From assembly GCA_026989215.1 (NCBI GenBank), contig JALSJV010000242.1:1-54604 (forward strand): DNA of 54,604 nt. The letters run 5' to 3'. The position numbers were made by a program, and so were the translations under genes. Positions 18,119 through 27,848 of the stretch are shown one piece after another (the stretch's first letter is position 1; every line of letters starts with the position of its first letter). Under the pieces are notes generated by a model, which searched no databases, was not told where the DNA came from, and worked only from the letters and a program-made list of their open reading frames with translations. This DNA comes from Acidimicrobiia bacterium. GTDB taxonomy: Bacteria; Actinomycetota; Acidimicrobiia; Spongiisociales; ZC4RG35.

Positions 18119-18279
18119 GCCGGTTGGTCGTTCGAGAGGGGAACGAATGCCGTACGGGGTCGTCAGCAGGCTCCGCGGCCCCTGTCCGGGGATGGAGGAC
18201 GGGGGCCGTCCCGGGAGACTCCGCCGGGGACGACTCGGATCACCGGGCAGCGTTCCCCGGCCGGGGACGTGATCGGACC

Positions 18280-19452
18280 ATGAGCCGGTCTCACGTCGTC
18301 CACGTGATCAACTCGATCGCAGCGACGGGTGGGGCCGAACAGCAGCTCGTCACCAACCTCCGGTCCTTCACGGATCGCACCCTGCGCCACAGCCTCGTGT
18401 GCCTCTACGACGTCGAGCCCTCCCGGCGCGAGGAGATCCCGGCCGAGGTACCGACCGTCTACCTCTATGGGAAGGGCGCCGACCGTCCCGGACCGTGGAG
18501 GAGGGCCCGTGACCTGATCCGGGTGCTGCGGGATCTGCGGCCGGATCTGATCCACTGCTCCCTCGCCGATGCCGCGTTGGCGTCGCGTTTCGCCGGCCGT
18601 CGACTGCGGGTACCCGTCGTCGAGACCCTGGTGAACATCGCCAACGAGAAGGTCAAGGCCCTCGACAACCCTCTTTCATGGTGGAAGCTCCGCGCCTATC
18701 AGATGGTCGACACCACCACCATGCCGCTGGTCACCCACTTTCACGCCATCTCGGACGAGGTGGCGCGGTCGTGGCGGGAGACGGCGAGGATCTCCGGTGC
18801 CCGGATCTCGGTCATCCCCCGAGCGGTCGATCCCGACGATCTGACTCCCCTCGGCGGCCGGGAGGAGGCTCGGCGACGGATCCTCGCCGAGATGGGATGG
18901 GACGACGAGACGTTCCTGGTCGTGAACATCGGCCGAGAAGCACCCCAGAAGGGCCAGCGTTACCTCATCGATGCGATGCGCCTCGTGGTGGAGACGGTCC
19001 CGACGGCCCGTGCCCTCGTCGCCGGGACCCCCGGCAGTCTGAGCGAGGATCTGCGGTCCCGGGTCGTCACGGCGGGGCTGGAGGAGCGGGTGCGGTTCCT
19101 GGGACGACGGTCCGACGTGGCCGACCTTCTGGCAGCCGCCGACGTCTTCGCCTTCCCGTCCCTCTACGAGGGGATCGGGGTGGCGATGCTGCAGGCGATG
19201 GCGGCCGGCTGCGCCGTCGTGGTCTCCGCCGTGCCTCCGATGAGCGACGTCGTCACCGATCGCGTCACCGGACTGATGGTTCCGCCACGTGACCCCCAGG
19301 GGCTGGGAGCGGCGATCATCGAGCTGGCCGGCGATCCCGAGCTCCGCCGTCGGCTCGGTCTCGAGGCCCGTCGCGTCGTGGCGCGGGACTTCCGCCCGGA
19401 CGCGGTGGCGGCGCGCCTCGAATCCCTCTACCACGAGGTGTTGGGACGGTGA
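18280..19452 (+). CDS. GT4 glycosyltransferase
   Basis: Start at MSRSHVVHVINSIAATGGAEQ (ATG 18280). ..FPSLYEGIGVAMLQAMAAGCAVVVS... Confidence 0.9.
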   Translation: MSRSHVVHVINSIAATGGAEQQLVTNLRSFTDRTLRHSLVCLYDVEPSRREEIPAEVPTVYLYGKGADRPGPWRRARDLIRVLRDLRPDLIHCSLADAALASRFAGRRLRVPVVETLVNIANEKVKALDNPLSWWKLRAYQMVDTTTMPLVTHFHAISDEVARSWRETARISGARISVIPRAVDPDDLTPLGGREEARRRILAEMGWDDETFLVVNIGREAPQKGQRYLIDAMRLVVETVPTARALVAGTPGSLSEDLRSRVVTAGLEERVRFLGRRSDVADLLAAADVFAFPSLYEGIGVAMLQAMAAGCAVVVSAVPPMSDVVTDRVTGLMVPPRDPQGLGAAIIELAGDPELRRRLGLEARRVVARDFRPDAVAARLESLYHEVLGR

Positions 19453-19552
19453 CCCCGATGTTTGCCGGTCGGTCCGTGCCGTTCCCGATTCCACCGCGTG
19501 GTCGACCTCTCGGGAGGCGGCGCGGGGTCGTCTCGACCCGCAGAGAGGCATC

Positions 19553-19580
19553 TTGTCGACCCGATGTCGCCGGGTAACAT
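19553..19580 (+). promoter_or_regulatory. candidate promoter upstream of rmlC (TTGTCG - 16 nt - TAACAT)
   Basis: Hexamers read directly from the sequence. Consistent with GTG 19609 (RBS 19594-19604) being the rmlC start. Confidence 0.3.
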
Positions 19581-19608
19581 GAGCGTGGGTGCAGGGAGGG
19601 GAGGCCAG

Positions 19609-20172
19609 GTGCAGGCGATCGAGCTCGAACTGCCAGGGGCCTGGTTGCTCGTACCCGTTCGCCATCGGGACGAGCGGGGTTTCTTCTCCGAGGTGTACAA
19701 CCGTCAGGCCCTCGCCGAGCTGGGGATCCATGATGAGTTCGTTCAGGACAACCATTCGCTGTCGGTGGACGCGGGGGTGATCCGTGGCCTCCATTTCCAG
19801 GTTCCTCCGGCTGCGACGTCGAAGCTGGTGCGGGTCGCCGCCGGCGCGGTGTTCGACGTCATCGTCGATCTTCGACACGGGTCGCCGACCTTCGGCCGCC
19901 ACGTCGCCGTGGAGCTCTCCGCCGCGGAGTGGAATCAGATCTACGTTCCCGTCGGGTTCGCCCATGGTTTCTGCACCTTGGAGCCGAACACCGAGGTCCT
20001 CTACAAGGTCAGCCGACACTGGTCACCGGAGGTCGACCGGGGGGTGGCGTGGGACGACCCGGATCTGGGAATCGAATGGCCGGTGGCGCGGGCGGACGCC
20101 GTCGTCTCGGAGAAGGATCGGAGCCAGCCCCGATTCGCCGACCTGCCCGTGTACTTCACCTATGACGGCTGA
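19609..20172 (+). CDS. rmlC: dTDP-4-dehydrorhamnose 3,5-epimerase
   Basis: ..DERGFFSEVY.., ..IRGLHFQ.., ..KLVRVAAGAVFDVIVDLR.., ..YVPVGFAHGF... GTG 19609 follows GGGAGGGGAGG. The alternative in-frame ATG is at 19579. Confidence 0.9.
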   Translation: MQAIELELPGAWLLVPVRHRDERGFFSEVYNRQALAELGIHDEFVQDNHSLSVDAGVIRGLHFQVPPAATSKLVRVAAGAVFDVIVDLRHGSPTFGRHVAVELSAAEWNQIYVPVGFAHGFCTLEPNTEVLYKVSRHWSPEVDRGVAWDDPDLGIEWPVARADAVVSEKDRSQPRFADLPVYFTYDG

Positions 20173-20181
20173 GGAGATCAG

Positions 20182-21219
20182 ATGAGCGACGTGGTGTTGG
20201 TGACCGGCGGCGGTGGCTACATCGGCACGACCCTGGTGCCGATGTTGGTGGAACGGGGTTACCGGGTGCGGGTCATCGATCGTTTCTTCTTCGGACGGGA
20301 CCGGCTCCCCGACGACGACCGGATCGAGAAGATCACCGAGGACACCCGTCGGCTGACCCCGGCCCACTTCGCCGGGGTCAGGTACGTCATCGACCTGGCG
20401 GCGATCTCCAACGATCCGAGCGGGGCGCTGTTCCCGGAGGCGACGTGGGAGATCAACCACGCCGCCCGGGTCCGCTGCGCCCATCTCGCCCGGGAGGCGG
20501 GGGCGGAGCGGTATGTCCTCCCGAGCTCGTGCTCCGTCTACGGGTTTCAGGATCCCGACGTGATCGCCGATGAGAGCCACCCCACGAATCCCCTGACCGT
20601 GTACGCCAAGGCCAACGAACGGGCGGAGCTCGACGTGCTCCCGTTGGCGGGGGATTCCTTCGGCGTGGTCGTGCTGCGCCAGGCGACCGTGTACGGGTAC
20701 TCGCCGCGGATGCGCTTCGACCTCGCCATCAACGGGATGACCTATGGGGCGTGGAAGCATCGCCGACTGCCGCTGATGCGGGACGGCAGCCAGTGGCGTC
20801 CGATGGTGCACGTCGCCGACACCAGCCGCGCGCTGATCTGGGCGATCGAGGCGCCGGCGTCGGATGTGAGTGGTGAGGTCTTCAACGTCGGATCGGAGGA
20901 GAACGTCTACCAGATCGGGCCTCTGGGGCGGCTCGTGGCGGAGACCGTCGGCGACGACGTCGAGATCGAATGGTACGGGGATCCCGACCACCGTTCCTAC
21001 CGGGTCTCCTTCGAGAAGATCGAATCCCGCGGGTACAAGGCGGAACACACCGCCGTCGACGGGGTGCGCGACGTGGTGGCCGCCCTCGAGGCCGGACACA
21101 CCGACCGGACTCCCGACACGATCACCTTGGAGTGGTACCGGCTTCTCGTGGAGTGGCGGGAGCGTCTCGCCCAGGTGGAGCTCGACGGGGCGCTGATCGA
21201 GCTGGGGTCGAGGGGATGA
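20182..21219 (+). CDS. NAD-dependent epimerase/dehydratase family protein (extended SDR, specificity unknown)
   Basis: ..[15 protein letters not shown].. with a GAGGAG RBS. In the catalytic region (..[13 protein letters not shown]..) the Lys sits at Y+2 rather than in the canonical YxxxK spacing. The stop overlaps the rmlA start (ATGA). Confidence 0.8.
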   Translation: MSDVVLVTGGGGYIGTTLVPMLVERGYRVRVIDRFFFGRDRLPDDDRIEKITEDTRRLTPAHFAGVRYVIDLAAISNDPSGALFPEATWEINHAARVRCAHLAREAGAERYVLPSSCSVYGFQDPDVIADESHPTNPLTVYAKANERAELDVLPLAGDSFGVVVLRQATVYGYSPRMRFDLAINGMTYGAWKHRRLPLMRDGSQWRPMVHVADTSRALIWAIEAPASDVSGEVFNVGSEENVYQIGPLGRLVAETVGDDVEIEWYGDPDHRSYRVSFEKIESRGYKAEHTAVDGVRDVVAALEAGHTDRTPDTITLEWYRLLVEWRERLAQVELDGALIELGSRG

Positions 21220-22121
21220 AGGGCATCATCCTGGCCGCCGGATCGGGAACCCGCCTGGCCCCGATCACCCGCGGCGTCTCCAAACAACTCCTCCCCGTCT
21301 TCGACAAACCCATGATCTACTACCCGCTCTCGGTGCTCATGCTGGCCGGGATCCGGGACATCCTGATCATCACGAATCCCGGGGATGCCCCCAGCTTCCA
21401 CAACGTGCTCGGGGACGGTGGTCAATGGGGACTGAGCTTCTCGTACGCATTCCAGTCGGAGCCGAGGGGTCTGGCGGACGCGTTCATCGTCGGCGATCGG
21501 TTCGTCGACGGTGATCCCGTGGCGCTGATCCTCGGCGACAACATCTTCTTCGGATACGGGATCACCGACCGGGTCCAGGAGGCGGCGACGCTCACCGACG
21601 GCGCGCTCGTGTTCGCGTACTACGTCCGTGATCCCGAGCGGTACGGGGTGATCGAGTTCGACGCGACGGGACGGGTCCTCTCCATCGAGGAGAAGCCGGA
21701 ACATCCCAGGTCGAACTTCGCGGTCACCGGTCTGTACTTCTACGACGGCGAGGTCGTCTCCATCGCCAAGACCCTGGAGCCCTCCGCCAGGGGGGAGCTC
21801 GAGATCACCGACCTCAACCGGGTGTACCTCGAACGGGAGAAGTTGTCCGTTCAGCTCCTGGGTCGAGGCACGACCTGGATGGACACCGGAACCCACGACG
21901 CCCTGTTGGAGGCCTCCAACTTCATCGCCACCATCCAGCGTCGACAGGGCCTGCAGATCGCGGCCCCGGAGGAGATCGCCTGGCGCATGGGGTACATCGA
22001 CGCCGAACAGGTGCGGCGGCTCGCCCAGGAGATGCGGTCCTCCCAGTACGGGAAGTATCTGCTCGACCTGCTCGATCAGCCCTTCAGCGGCTGGCAACCG
22101 AGATCACGGAGAATCCGGTGA
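21216..22121 (+). CDS. rmlA: glucose-1-phosphate thymidylyltransferase
   Basis: [39 protein letters not shown].. is the near-canonical RmlA N-terminus. ATGA overlap with the upstream gene. Confidence 0.95.
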   Translation: MKGIILAAGSGTRLAPITRGVSKQLLPVFDKPMIYYPLSVLMLAGIRDILIITNPGDAPSFHNVLGDGGQWGLSFSYAFQSEPRGLADAFIVGDRFVDGDPVALILGDNIFFGYGITDRVQEAATLTDGALVFAYYVRDPERYGVIEFDATGRVLSIEEKPEHPRSNFAVTGLYFYDGEVVSIAKTLEPSARGELEITDLNRVYLEREKLSVQLLGRGTTWMDTGTHDALLEASNFIATIQRRQGLQIAAPEEIAWRMGYIDAEQVRRLAQEMRSSQYGKYLLDLLDQPFSGWQPRSRRIR

Positions 22122-23272
22122 ACATCGGCCTCGTCGGCACCGGCTTCATCGCCCGCAACTTCGCGAGGGAGGTCGGACGCCGCCGGGCCGCCACCATCAC
22201 GAAGGTCCTCACCCGTCGTCCCCGGGTCGACGAGTTCGACACCGACATACTCACACGGTCGATCGACGAGCTCGTCGCCCACGGCGACGTCGTCGTGGAG
22301 TGCTCCGGCGACCCCCTCTGGGCGACCGAGGTGGTGGCGGCGGCGGTCGACGCCGGGGTTCCGGTGGTGACCATGAACACCGAGTTCCACATCACGACGG
22401 GATCGGCCTTCGTCGGGAAGGGCCTCGTCACCGAGGCTGCGGGCGACCAGCCGGGATGTCTGGCCGAGCTCCACGAGGAGGCGGTCGCCATGGGGTTCGA
22501 GCCGGTCGCCTACGGGAACATGAAGGGCTTTCTCAATCCCGATCCGACGCCCGAGGAGATGGAGTACTGGGGGAAGAAGCAGGGGATCAGCCTCTCCATG
22601 GTGACCGCGTTCACGGACGGCACGAAGGTCGAGGCGGAGCAGATCCTCGTCGGCAACCATTTCGGCGCGACGATCGGTCCGGACGGGATGGAGGGCGCCG
22701 CGGTGGACGATCTCTCGGAGGGTGCGGCCCGCCTCGCCGCCCTCGCCGAGCAGGTCGGACAGCCGGTCACCGACTTCGTGGTCTCCCCGCATCTCAGCCA
22801 CGGGGTCTTCATCGTCGCCACCCACGATCCTGCCCAGGCCGACGCCCTCCGCTACTACAAGATGGGCGATGGGCCCTCCTACACCCTGGTGCGGCCCAAC
22901 ATCTTCGTGCATCTGGAGATCCTCAAGACCGTTCGGCGGGTTCTGAGCGGCGGGGGCGTGCTCCTCGACAACTCCGCGTCCCCCGAGCTGTCCTTGGCGG
23001 CGGTGGCGAAGCGGGATCTCCGGCCCGGAGAGCGGATCCTTCGGGGGATCGGATCCTTCGACGTGCGAGGACGGGCGATTCGGATCGCCGAGCATCCCGA
23101 TCACATCCCCATCGGGCTGCTGTGTGACGCCGTGGTGGAGCGGCCGGTCCCTCGGGGAGGGGTGCTGACGATGGCCGACGTCTCGGTGCCGGAGAGCCTT
23201 GCGCTCCGTCTGTGGCGAGACATCGTCGGCGGGCGCAGGGATCACGTCGGATCGGAGTCGGGGAGGGAGTGA
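22118..23272 (+). CDS. NAD(P)-binding oxidoreductase with C-terminal SAF domain (homoserine-dehydrogenase-like, COG4091-type)
   Basis: GTG start in a GTGA overlap with the rmlA stop. ..[13 protein letters not shown].. Rossmann N-terminus and a C-terminal SAF-like segment (..[10 protein letters not shown]..). Confidence 0.7.
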   Translation: MNIGLVGTGFIARNFAREVGRRRAATITKVLTRRPRVDEFDTDILTRSIDELVAHGDVVVECSGDPLWATEVVAAAVDAGVPVVTMNTEFHITTGSAFVGKGLVTEAAGDQPGCLAELHEEAVAMGFEPVAYGNMKGFLNPDPTPEEMEYWGKKQGISLSMVTAFTDGTKVEAEQILVGNHFGATIGPDGMEGAAVDDLSEGAARLAALAEQVGQPVTDFVVSPHLSHGVFIVATHDPAQADALRYYKMGDGPSYTLVRPNIFVHLEILKTVRRVLSGGGVLLDNSASPELSLAAVAKRDLRPGERILRGIGSFDVRGRAIRIAEHPDHIPIGLLCDAVVERPVPRGGVLTMADVSVPESLALRLWRDIVGGRRDHVGSESGRE

Positions 23273-24132
23273 TGGAACCCGAACTCAGCGTGGTCATCCC
23301 CGCCCACAACGCCGAGAAGACCCTGGGCGACCAGCTCGAAGCCCTCGCCCGTCAGACCGACCCGCCCCCCTTCGAGGTGATCGTCGTCGACAATGGCAGC
23401 ACCGACCGGACCGGGGAGGTGGCGCGCGCCTTCCGGTCCCGGCTGTCGCTGAGGGTGGTGGACGCCTCCGAGCGACCGAGTGAACCCTACGCCCGCAACG
23501 TGGGGCTCAGGGAGGCCGCTTCGAATCGGATCGCCTTCTGCGACGCCGACGACGTGGTCCATCCCGGCTGGGTGGCGGCGATGCGCCGGGCTCTGGAGGA
23601 ACACAGCCTCGTCACCGGACCTCTGGAGCTCGAGCTGCTCAATCCGCCGTGGGTGTTGGCCACGCGGAACAATCCGCAGGTGGATCGCCCCCAGAACAAG
23701 TACGGGTTCCTTCCCCATGCCGCCGGGGCGAACCTCGGGGTGCGCCGCGACGCAGCCGAGGCCGTCGGGGGGTTCGACGAGTCCGTGCCCACCTTCGCCG
23801 ACACGGACTTCTGCTGGCGGATGCAGCTCGCAGGTCACGAGCTGGTCTTCGTCTCCGACGCCATCGTGCATTACCGCCTGCGTCGCCGTCTCGGCGATGT
23901 CCTCCGTCAATCCCGTTCCTACGCGGTGGCCGACGTGGCCCTTCACCGTCGTTACGAACCCCTGGGGATGCCGCATCTCCGCGTCACCTCCGGGATCAAG
24001 GGATGGGTGAGGCTTCTGTTGGGTCTGCGCCTGCTCGCTTCCCGGTCCGGTCGGTACCGGTTCGCCTGGATGCTGGGGTTCCGGCTCGGGCACCTCCGGG
24101 GGGCGGTCCGTTACCGTTTTCTGGCCCTCTGA
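23272..24132 (+). CDS. GT2 glycosyltransferase
   Basis: Start at [18 protein letters not shown] (ATG shares one base with the upstream TGA). ..VIVVDNGSTDRT.., ..AFCDADDVV... Confidence 0.9.
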   Translation: MEPELSVVIPAHNAEKTLGDQLEALARQTDPPPFEVIVVDNGSTDRTGEVARAFRSRLSLRVVDASERPSEPYARNVGLREAASNRIAFCDADDVVHPGWVAAMRRALEEHSLVTGPLELELLNPPWVLATRNNPQVDRPQNKYGFLPHAAGANLGVRRDAAEAVGGFDESVPTFADTDFCWRMQLAGHELVFVSDAIVHYRLRRRLGDVLRQSRSYAVADVALHRRYEPLGMPHLRVTSGIKGWVRLLLGLRLLASRSGRYRFAWMLGFRLGHLRGAVRYRFLAL

Positions 24133-25631
24133 CGGAGACGGTCGAGGCCGATCAGCATGCCGAGGTCGGCGAAGTAGGCCCGGTACCGCCGCCGGAAGAA
24201 GGCCAACCCCAGCGCTCCGTACACGACGACTCCCAGGGCGACCGTGAGGACGAGCTGGGGGAGCTCGGCGAGCGTGCCGACGACGGTGAACGCTCGGGTC
24301 GCGACGACGGCCCCGAGCATCGCCAGCGAGGTGGCGGCGGGAGCGACGATGGCCGCGGCGAGGGCGCGGGGAGACACATGGGCGCGGCGGATGACGAGCC
24401 GGAAGTTGACGAGGACCGCGACCACCGACCCGAGGGTGACGGCCCAGGCGATCGACGCGAGGTCGCCAGACCCGGCGAGGAAGAGCAGGCCCACCCCCAT
24501 CGCGATCACCCGGGCGGTGGTGATCATGGCGTTGCGGCTGGGAAGGCCGATCGCCAAGAACAGCGCGGTGCCGATGGGGAGCAGAGCGTCGAAGGCGGTC
24601 GCCACGGCCAGGATCTGCATCGGCGCCACCGCCTCGGACCATTGGGGCCCGAAGAACACGGGGATCACGAGGTCGGCGACCCCGATCAGGCCCAGGACCG
24701 CGGGGAGGGTGATGAAGGTGGAGAATCCGAGCGCTTCCACGTACACGGCCTCGAGGCGCCGGCGGTCGTCGGCCACTCGGGCCATCACCGGATACATGAC
24801 GCCCTGGAGCACCCGGGTGATGCGTTGGCGGACCAGCACGGGGAGGACGTAGGCGATGTAGTAGACGCCCAGCACCGCCGCTCCCAGGATGCGGCCGACG
24901 ACCCAGTAGTCCAGGTTCTTCGCCACGTACGAGGTGACGTAGGTCCCCCAGAAGCCGAGGTTGAAGGAGAGGTCGCGGCGCACCACCCCCATCGAGAACT
25001 CGCGGGTGGGTCTCCAGCGAGCCGCCCAGAACAACCCGGCGAATTGGGTGATCGACCCCGCGACCCGCCCGATGATGAGGACCCACGCTCCGAGTGAGGT
25101 CGTGGCTGCCAGCCCGATGGCCAGTCCGAACTGGACGACGGACCCGGTGAGTTGGACGGCGGTGAGGCGGGACCAGCGCATCTCCCGGGTGAGGAGACCG
25201 CTGGGCACCGAGGCGGCCATCGACACCATCAAACCGACGGCGGCCAGCCGCAGGAAGGGGCCGAGCTGATCCTGGCCGATCATGGCGCCCAGGGGGCCGG
25301 CGAAGGCGACCACGCTCCCCGACACCACCGCTCCGAGAACCAGCGACGTCCAGAAGGTGGTCGAGGCCGTGAGGGAGTCGAGCTGGGTCTTCCGCACGAG
25401 GCTGTGGCCGATCCCGAACTGGGACATCAGCTCGAACACCCCGAGGATGACGGTGACGGCGACGGCGATCCCGTAGTCGGCGGGCGTGAGCAGGCGCGCC
25501 AGCGCCACGGTGGCCAGGGTGGTGATGAGCTGGCGGCCGATGCTGGAGGTGGCCGACCAGCGGCCACCTGCCATCGCCTCGGCTTTCAGTCCCTCATCGC
25601 CGACCTCGGGGATCTTCGGCCCGTCCGCCAC
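24111..25631 (-). CDS. MOP-superfamily polysaccharide flippase (Wzx-like)
   Basis: 506 aa with about 12-14 TM helices and a typical N-terminus ..LARLLTPADYGIAVAV... The GTG start at 25631 is uncertain (alternative ATG 25574). The 3' end overlaps the convergent GT2 gene by 22 nt. Confidence 0.82.
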   Translation of the reverse strand: MADGPKIPEVGDEGLKAEAMAGGRWSATSSIGRQLITTLATVALARLLTPADYGIAVAVTVILGVFELMSQFGIGHSLVRKTQLDSLTASTTFWTSLVLGAVVSGSVVAFAGPLGAMIGQDQLGPFLRLAAVGLMVSMAASVPSGLLTREMRWSRLTAVQLTGSVVQFGLAIGLAATTSLGAWVLIIGRVAGSITQFAGLFWAARWRPTREFSMGVVRRDLSFNLGFWGTYVTSYVAKNLDYWVVGRILGAAVLGVYYIAYVLPVLVRQRITRVLQGVMYPVMARVADDRRRLEAVYVEALGFSTFITLPAVLGLIGVADLVIPVFFGPQWSEAVAPMQILAVATAFDALLPIGTALFLAIGLPSRNAMITTARVIAMGVGLLFLAGSGDLASIAWAVTLGSVVAVLVNFRLVIRRAHVSPRALAAAIVAPAATSLAMLGAVVATRAFTVVGTLAELPQLVLTVALGVVVYGALGLAFFRRRYRAYFADLGMLIGLDRLRQRARKR

Positions 25632-25705
25632 TCCACCTCACTCCGGCCTCCGGAGCAGGCTAGCCCGTGGCCAGAGCGCCGGATCTGCCCTGATATGCTC
25701 GGACG

Positions 25706-26605
25706 GTGAGGCTGCGGGATCTCACACCGTGGGACCCACCGGACCTGACGGACTGGTACCGCCCGTTCGGTCCGGCGCCGTCGGTCGCGGTGGTGATTCC
25801 CGCCCGGAATGCCGCCAAGGTGCTGCCCGACCAGCTCGAGGCCCTCGCCGCCCAGGACTACGACGGCCCGTGGGAGGTGGTGGTCGTCGACGACGCTTCG
25901 GTGGACGAGACCCGAGCGGTGGCCGAGTCGTACCGCGGGAGGCTCCCTCGGCTCCGGGTGCTCAGCGATCCCACTCCCCTTGGCCCGCACGGCGCCCGGA
26001 ACGTCGGCGCGGCGGCGACCGATGCCGAGATCCTGTGTTTCTGCGATGCCGACGACCGGGTCGTCCCAGGGTGGGTGTCGTCCTACGTCGAAGCTCTGCG
26101 TGACGCTCCGGCGGCGGTCGGTCCGATGCGCCCGTCGGACGCCCCCGACCGGGACACCCAGCCGTGGAAGGGCACCGGTCTCTCCCACGCCTCTTCCGGC
26201 AATTTCGCGATGCGGGCGGACGTGTGGAGGGGCCTCGGCGGGTTCCGCACCGACTACCCCTCCCATCTCGCCGAGCTCGACCTGTCGTGGCGTCTGCAAG
26301 GGGCGGGTCTCGGCTACGCGATCGCCCCTGGTGCGGAGATCTGGTACCGGATCCGCGACGACCTGGGTGCGATGTGGCGTCAGCGGGTCAGATGGGGGAT
26401 GCAGCAGGCGTTGGCCCGGCGTCTCTACGGGCCCCGATACATGCCCCACGCCGGGGTCGTGTCCACGCTCAGGTCGTATGGGTGGCTCGTCCTCCACCTC
26501 CCGGGCCTCGCCACCCGGGAGGGGAGGCGTCGATGGATCAAGACGGCGGGCCTTCGCCTGGGACGGGCGCTGGGTTCGGTACGATTCCGGGTGGGTTATC
26601 TCTGA
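25706..26605 (+). CDS. GT2 glycosyltransferase
   Basis: ..VAVVIPARNAAKVLPDQL.., ..VVVVDDASVDET.., ..CFCDADDRV... GTG start. Confidence 0.88.
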   Translation: MRLRDLTPWDPPDLTDWYRPFGPAPSVAVVIPARNAAKVLPDQLEALAAQDYDGPWEVVVVDDASVDETRAVAESYRGRLPRLRVLSDPTPLGPHGARNVGAAATDAEILCFCDADDRVVPGWVSSYVEALRDAPAAVGPMRPSDAPDRDTQPWKGTGLSHASSGNFAMRADVWRGLGGFRTDYPSHLAELDLSWRLQGAGLGYAIAPGAEIWYRIRDDLGAMWRQRVRWGMQQALARRLYGPRYMPHAGVVSTLRSYGWLVLHLPGLATREGRRRWIKTAGLRLGRALGSVRFRVGYL

Positions 26606-27780
26606 GTGAGTTCGGCGACCAACGCCGCGACCTGCTCACGGATCGAGCTCCACCGGTATCGGGTCTCGAACAGTCGTCGCCCCGACGCCGCCAGTCGCTC
26701 CCCCTCTTCGGGGCGCCGGAGGAGGGCCGTGACGCCGTCGGCCAGCTCGTCGGGGGTCTCCACCAAGATCGCATGGATCCGGTCGACGACGTCGATCCCT
26801 TCGGTGGCGTAGCGGTAGGCGACGAGGGGGATTCGGTGGCAGAGCGCTTCCAGGATCTTGATGCGGGTTCCTCCGCCGTAGCGGACGGGCACGGCCATCA
26901 CGTCGATCGGTTCCAGCCAGGGTTCGACGGATTCGACGTATCCGGTGGTGTGGACCCATGGTGGGGTATCGGTCCCGAACAGCTCCTCGCCGCGCCGTCC
27001 GACGAGGAGGAGTCGGGAATCCGTCACCTGGGATCGGACCGCGGGCATGACCTCCTCGATCAGGGTTCGAGCGGCGTCGATGTTGGGTCCGTAGGCGAAG
27101 GAGCCGACGAATCCCACCGTCGGCGCAGACGAGGGTGTCCGTGTGATCGGTCGCTGCTCCTCGTACCCGTTGGGCACGATCGTCACCGATCGTCCACCGA
27201 GGCGACGACGGTCCCTGGCGTTGCACACGATGCTCAGATCGACTCGGGCCGCCACCCTCTGCTGTACCTTGTGCCACCGGGCACGATCGATCCGGTCCGC
27301 CATGCTCCGGAGCGCAGGCCGGTGCTCGATTCGGGCCGAGGTGGCGAGACGTTCGTCCTCCAGTACGTCGAAATCGATGACGTGACGTCGGGCGGGGATC
27401 GGTCCGAAGGTGAGGTAGGTCTCCACCCGGCTGTACCACACGAGGTCGTAGCCGTCTCGGGCGAACCGGGCGACCGCCCTCCGTGCGGCGGAGACGTCGC
27501 GGTAGGCCCATGGTCGCGGGAGGCTGGAGAGGGCCCACCGTGCGGGAGGTCGAGCTCGCCACGCCTCCGCCCGCCGGATCCCGCCCACCCGGGCGACCCC
27601 GAGCTCGTCGGCGTCGCCGAGCGGATCGTCGTCTCCATGCAAGGTGAAGAAGTCGACGACGGTGACGGAGGCGACGGCCTGGAGGAGATGCCGGATCCTC
27701 ATCTTCGTGCCGTCGTCGGAGGGGAGGGGGAAGACGTTGCCCAGGAACAGGACCCGGGGGAAGGATCCCTCGGCCGTCAT
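26596..27780 (-). CDS. GT4 glycosyltransferase
   Basis: 394 aa with ..RVLFLGNVFPLPSDDGTKMRI.. and a C-terminal ..GGGTRIKILEAL.. region. Confidence 0.85.
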   Translation of the reverse strand: MTAEGSFPRVLFLGNVFPLPSDDGTKMRIRHLLQAVASVTVVDFFTLHGDDDPLGDADELGVARVGGIRRAEAWRARPPARWALSSLPRPWAYRDVSAARRAVARFARDGYDLVWYSRVETYLTFGPIPARRHVIDFDVLEDERLATSARIEHRPALRSMADRIDRARWHKVQQRVAARVDLSIVCNARDRRRLGGRSVTIVPNGYEEQRPITRTPSSAPTVGFVGSFAYGPNIDAARTLIEEVMPAVRSQVTDSRLLLVGRRGEELFGTDTPPWVHTTGYVESVEPWLEPIDVMAVPVRYGGGTRIKILEALCHRIPLVAYRYATEGIDVVDRIHAILVETPDELADGVTALLRRPEEGERLAASGRRLFETRYRWSSIREQVAALVAELTQR

Positions 27781-27848
27781 CGTGTGGCGACGGTGGGGTC
27801 CGGCATGGTCTCTAGGCTACTGGCCGGCGAACGAGGAATCGGTGGTCG

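Noticed and set aside
19525-19539. GGGTC-gtctc-GACCC inverted repeat upstream of rmlC, considered as a fifth copy of the 20-bp element
   Set aside because: The arms match, but the spacer is 5 nt rather than 4. The 5' CAATG part is absent, and the distance to the nearest -10-like hexamer (TAACAT at 19575) is about 34 nt rather than 21-22 nt. It is not counted as a site.
20182-21219. Calling this SDR rmlB or rmlD to complete an rmlABCD set
   Set aside because: The N-terminus and catalytic region do not match the RmlB (..YSASKA..) or RmlD patterns that I know. It is left as an SDR of unknown specificity.
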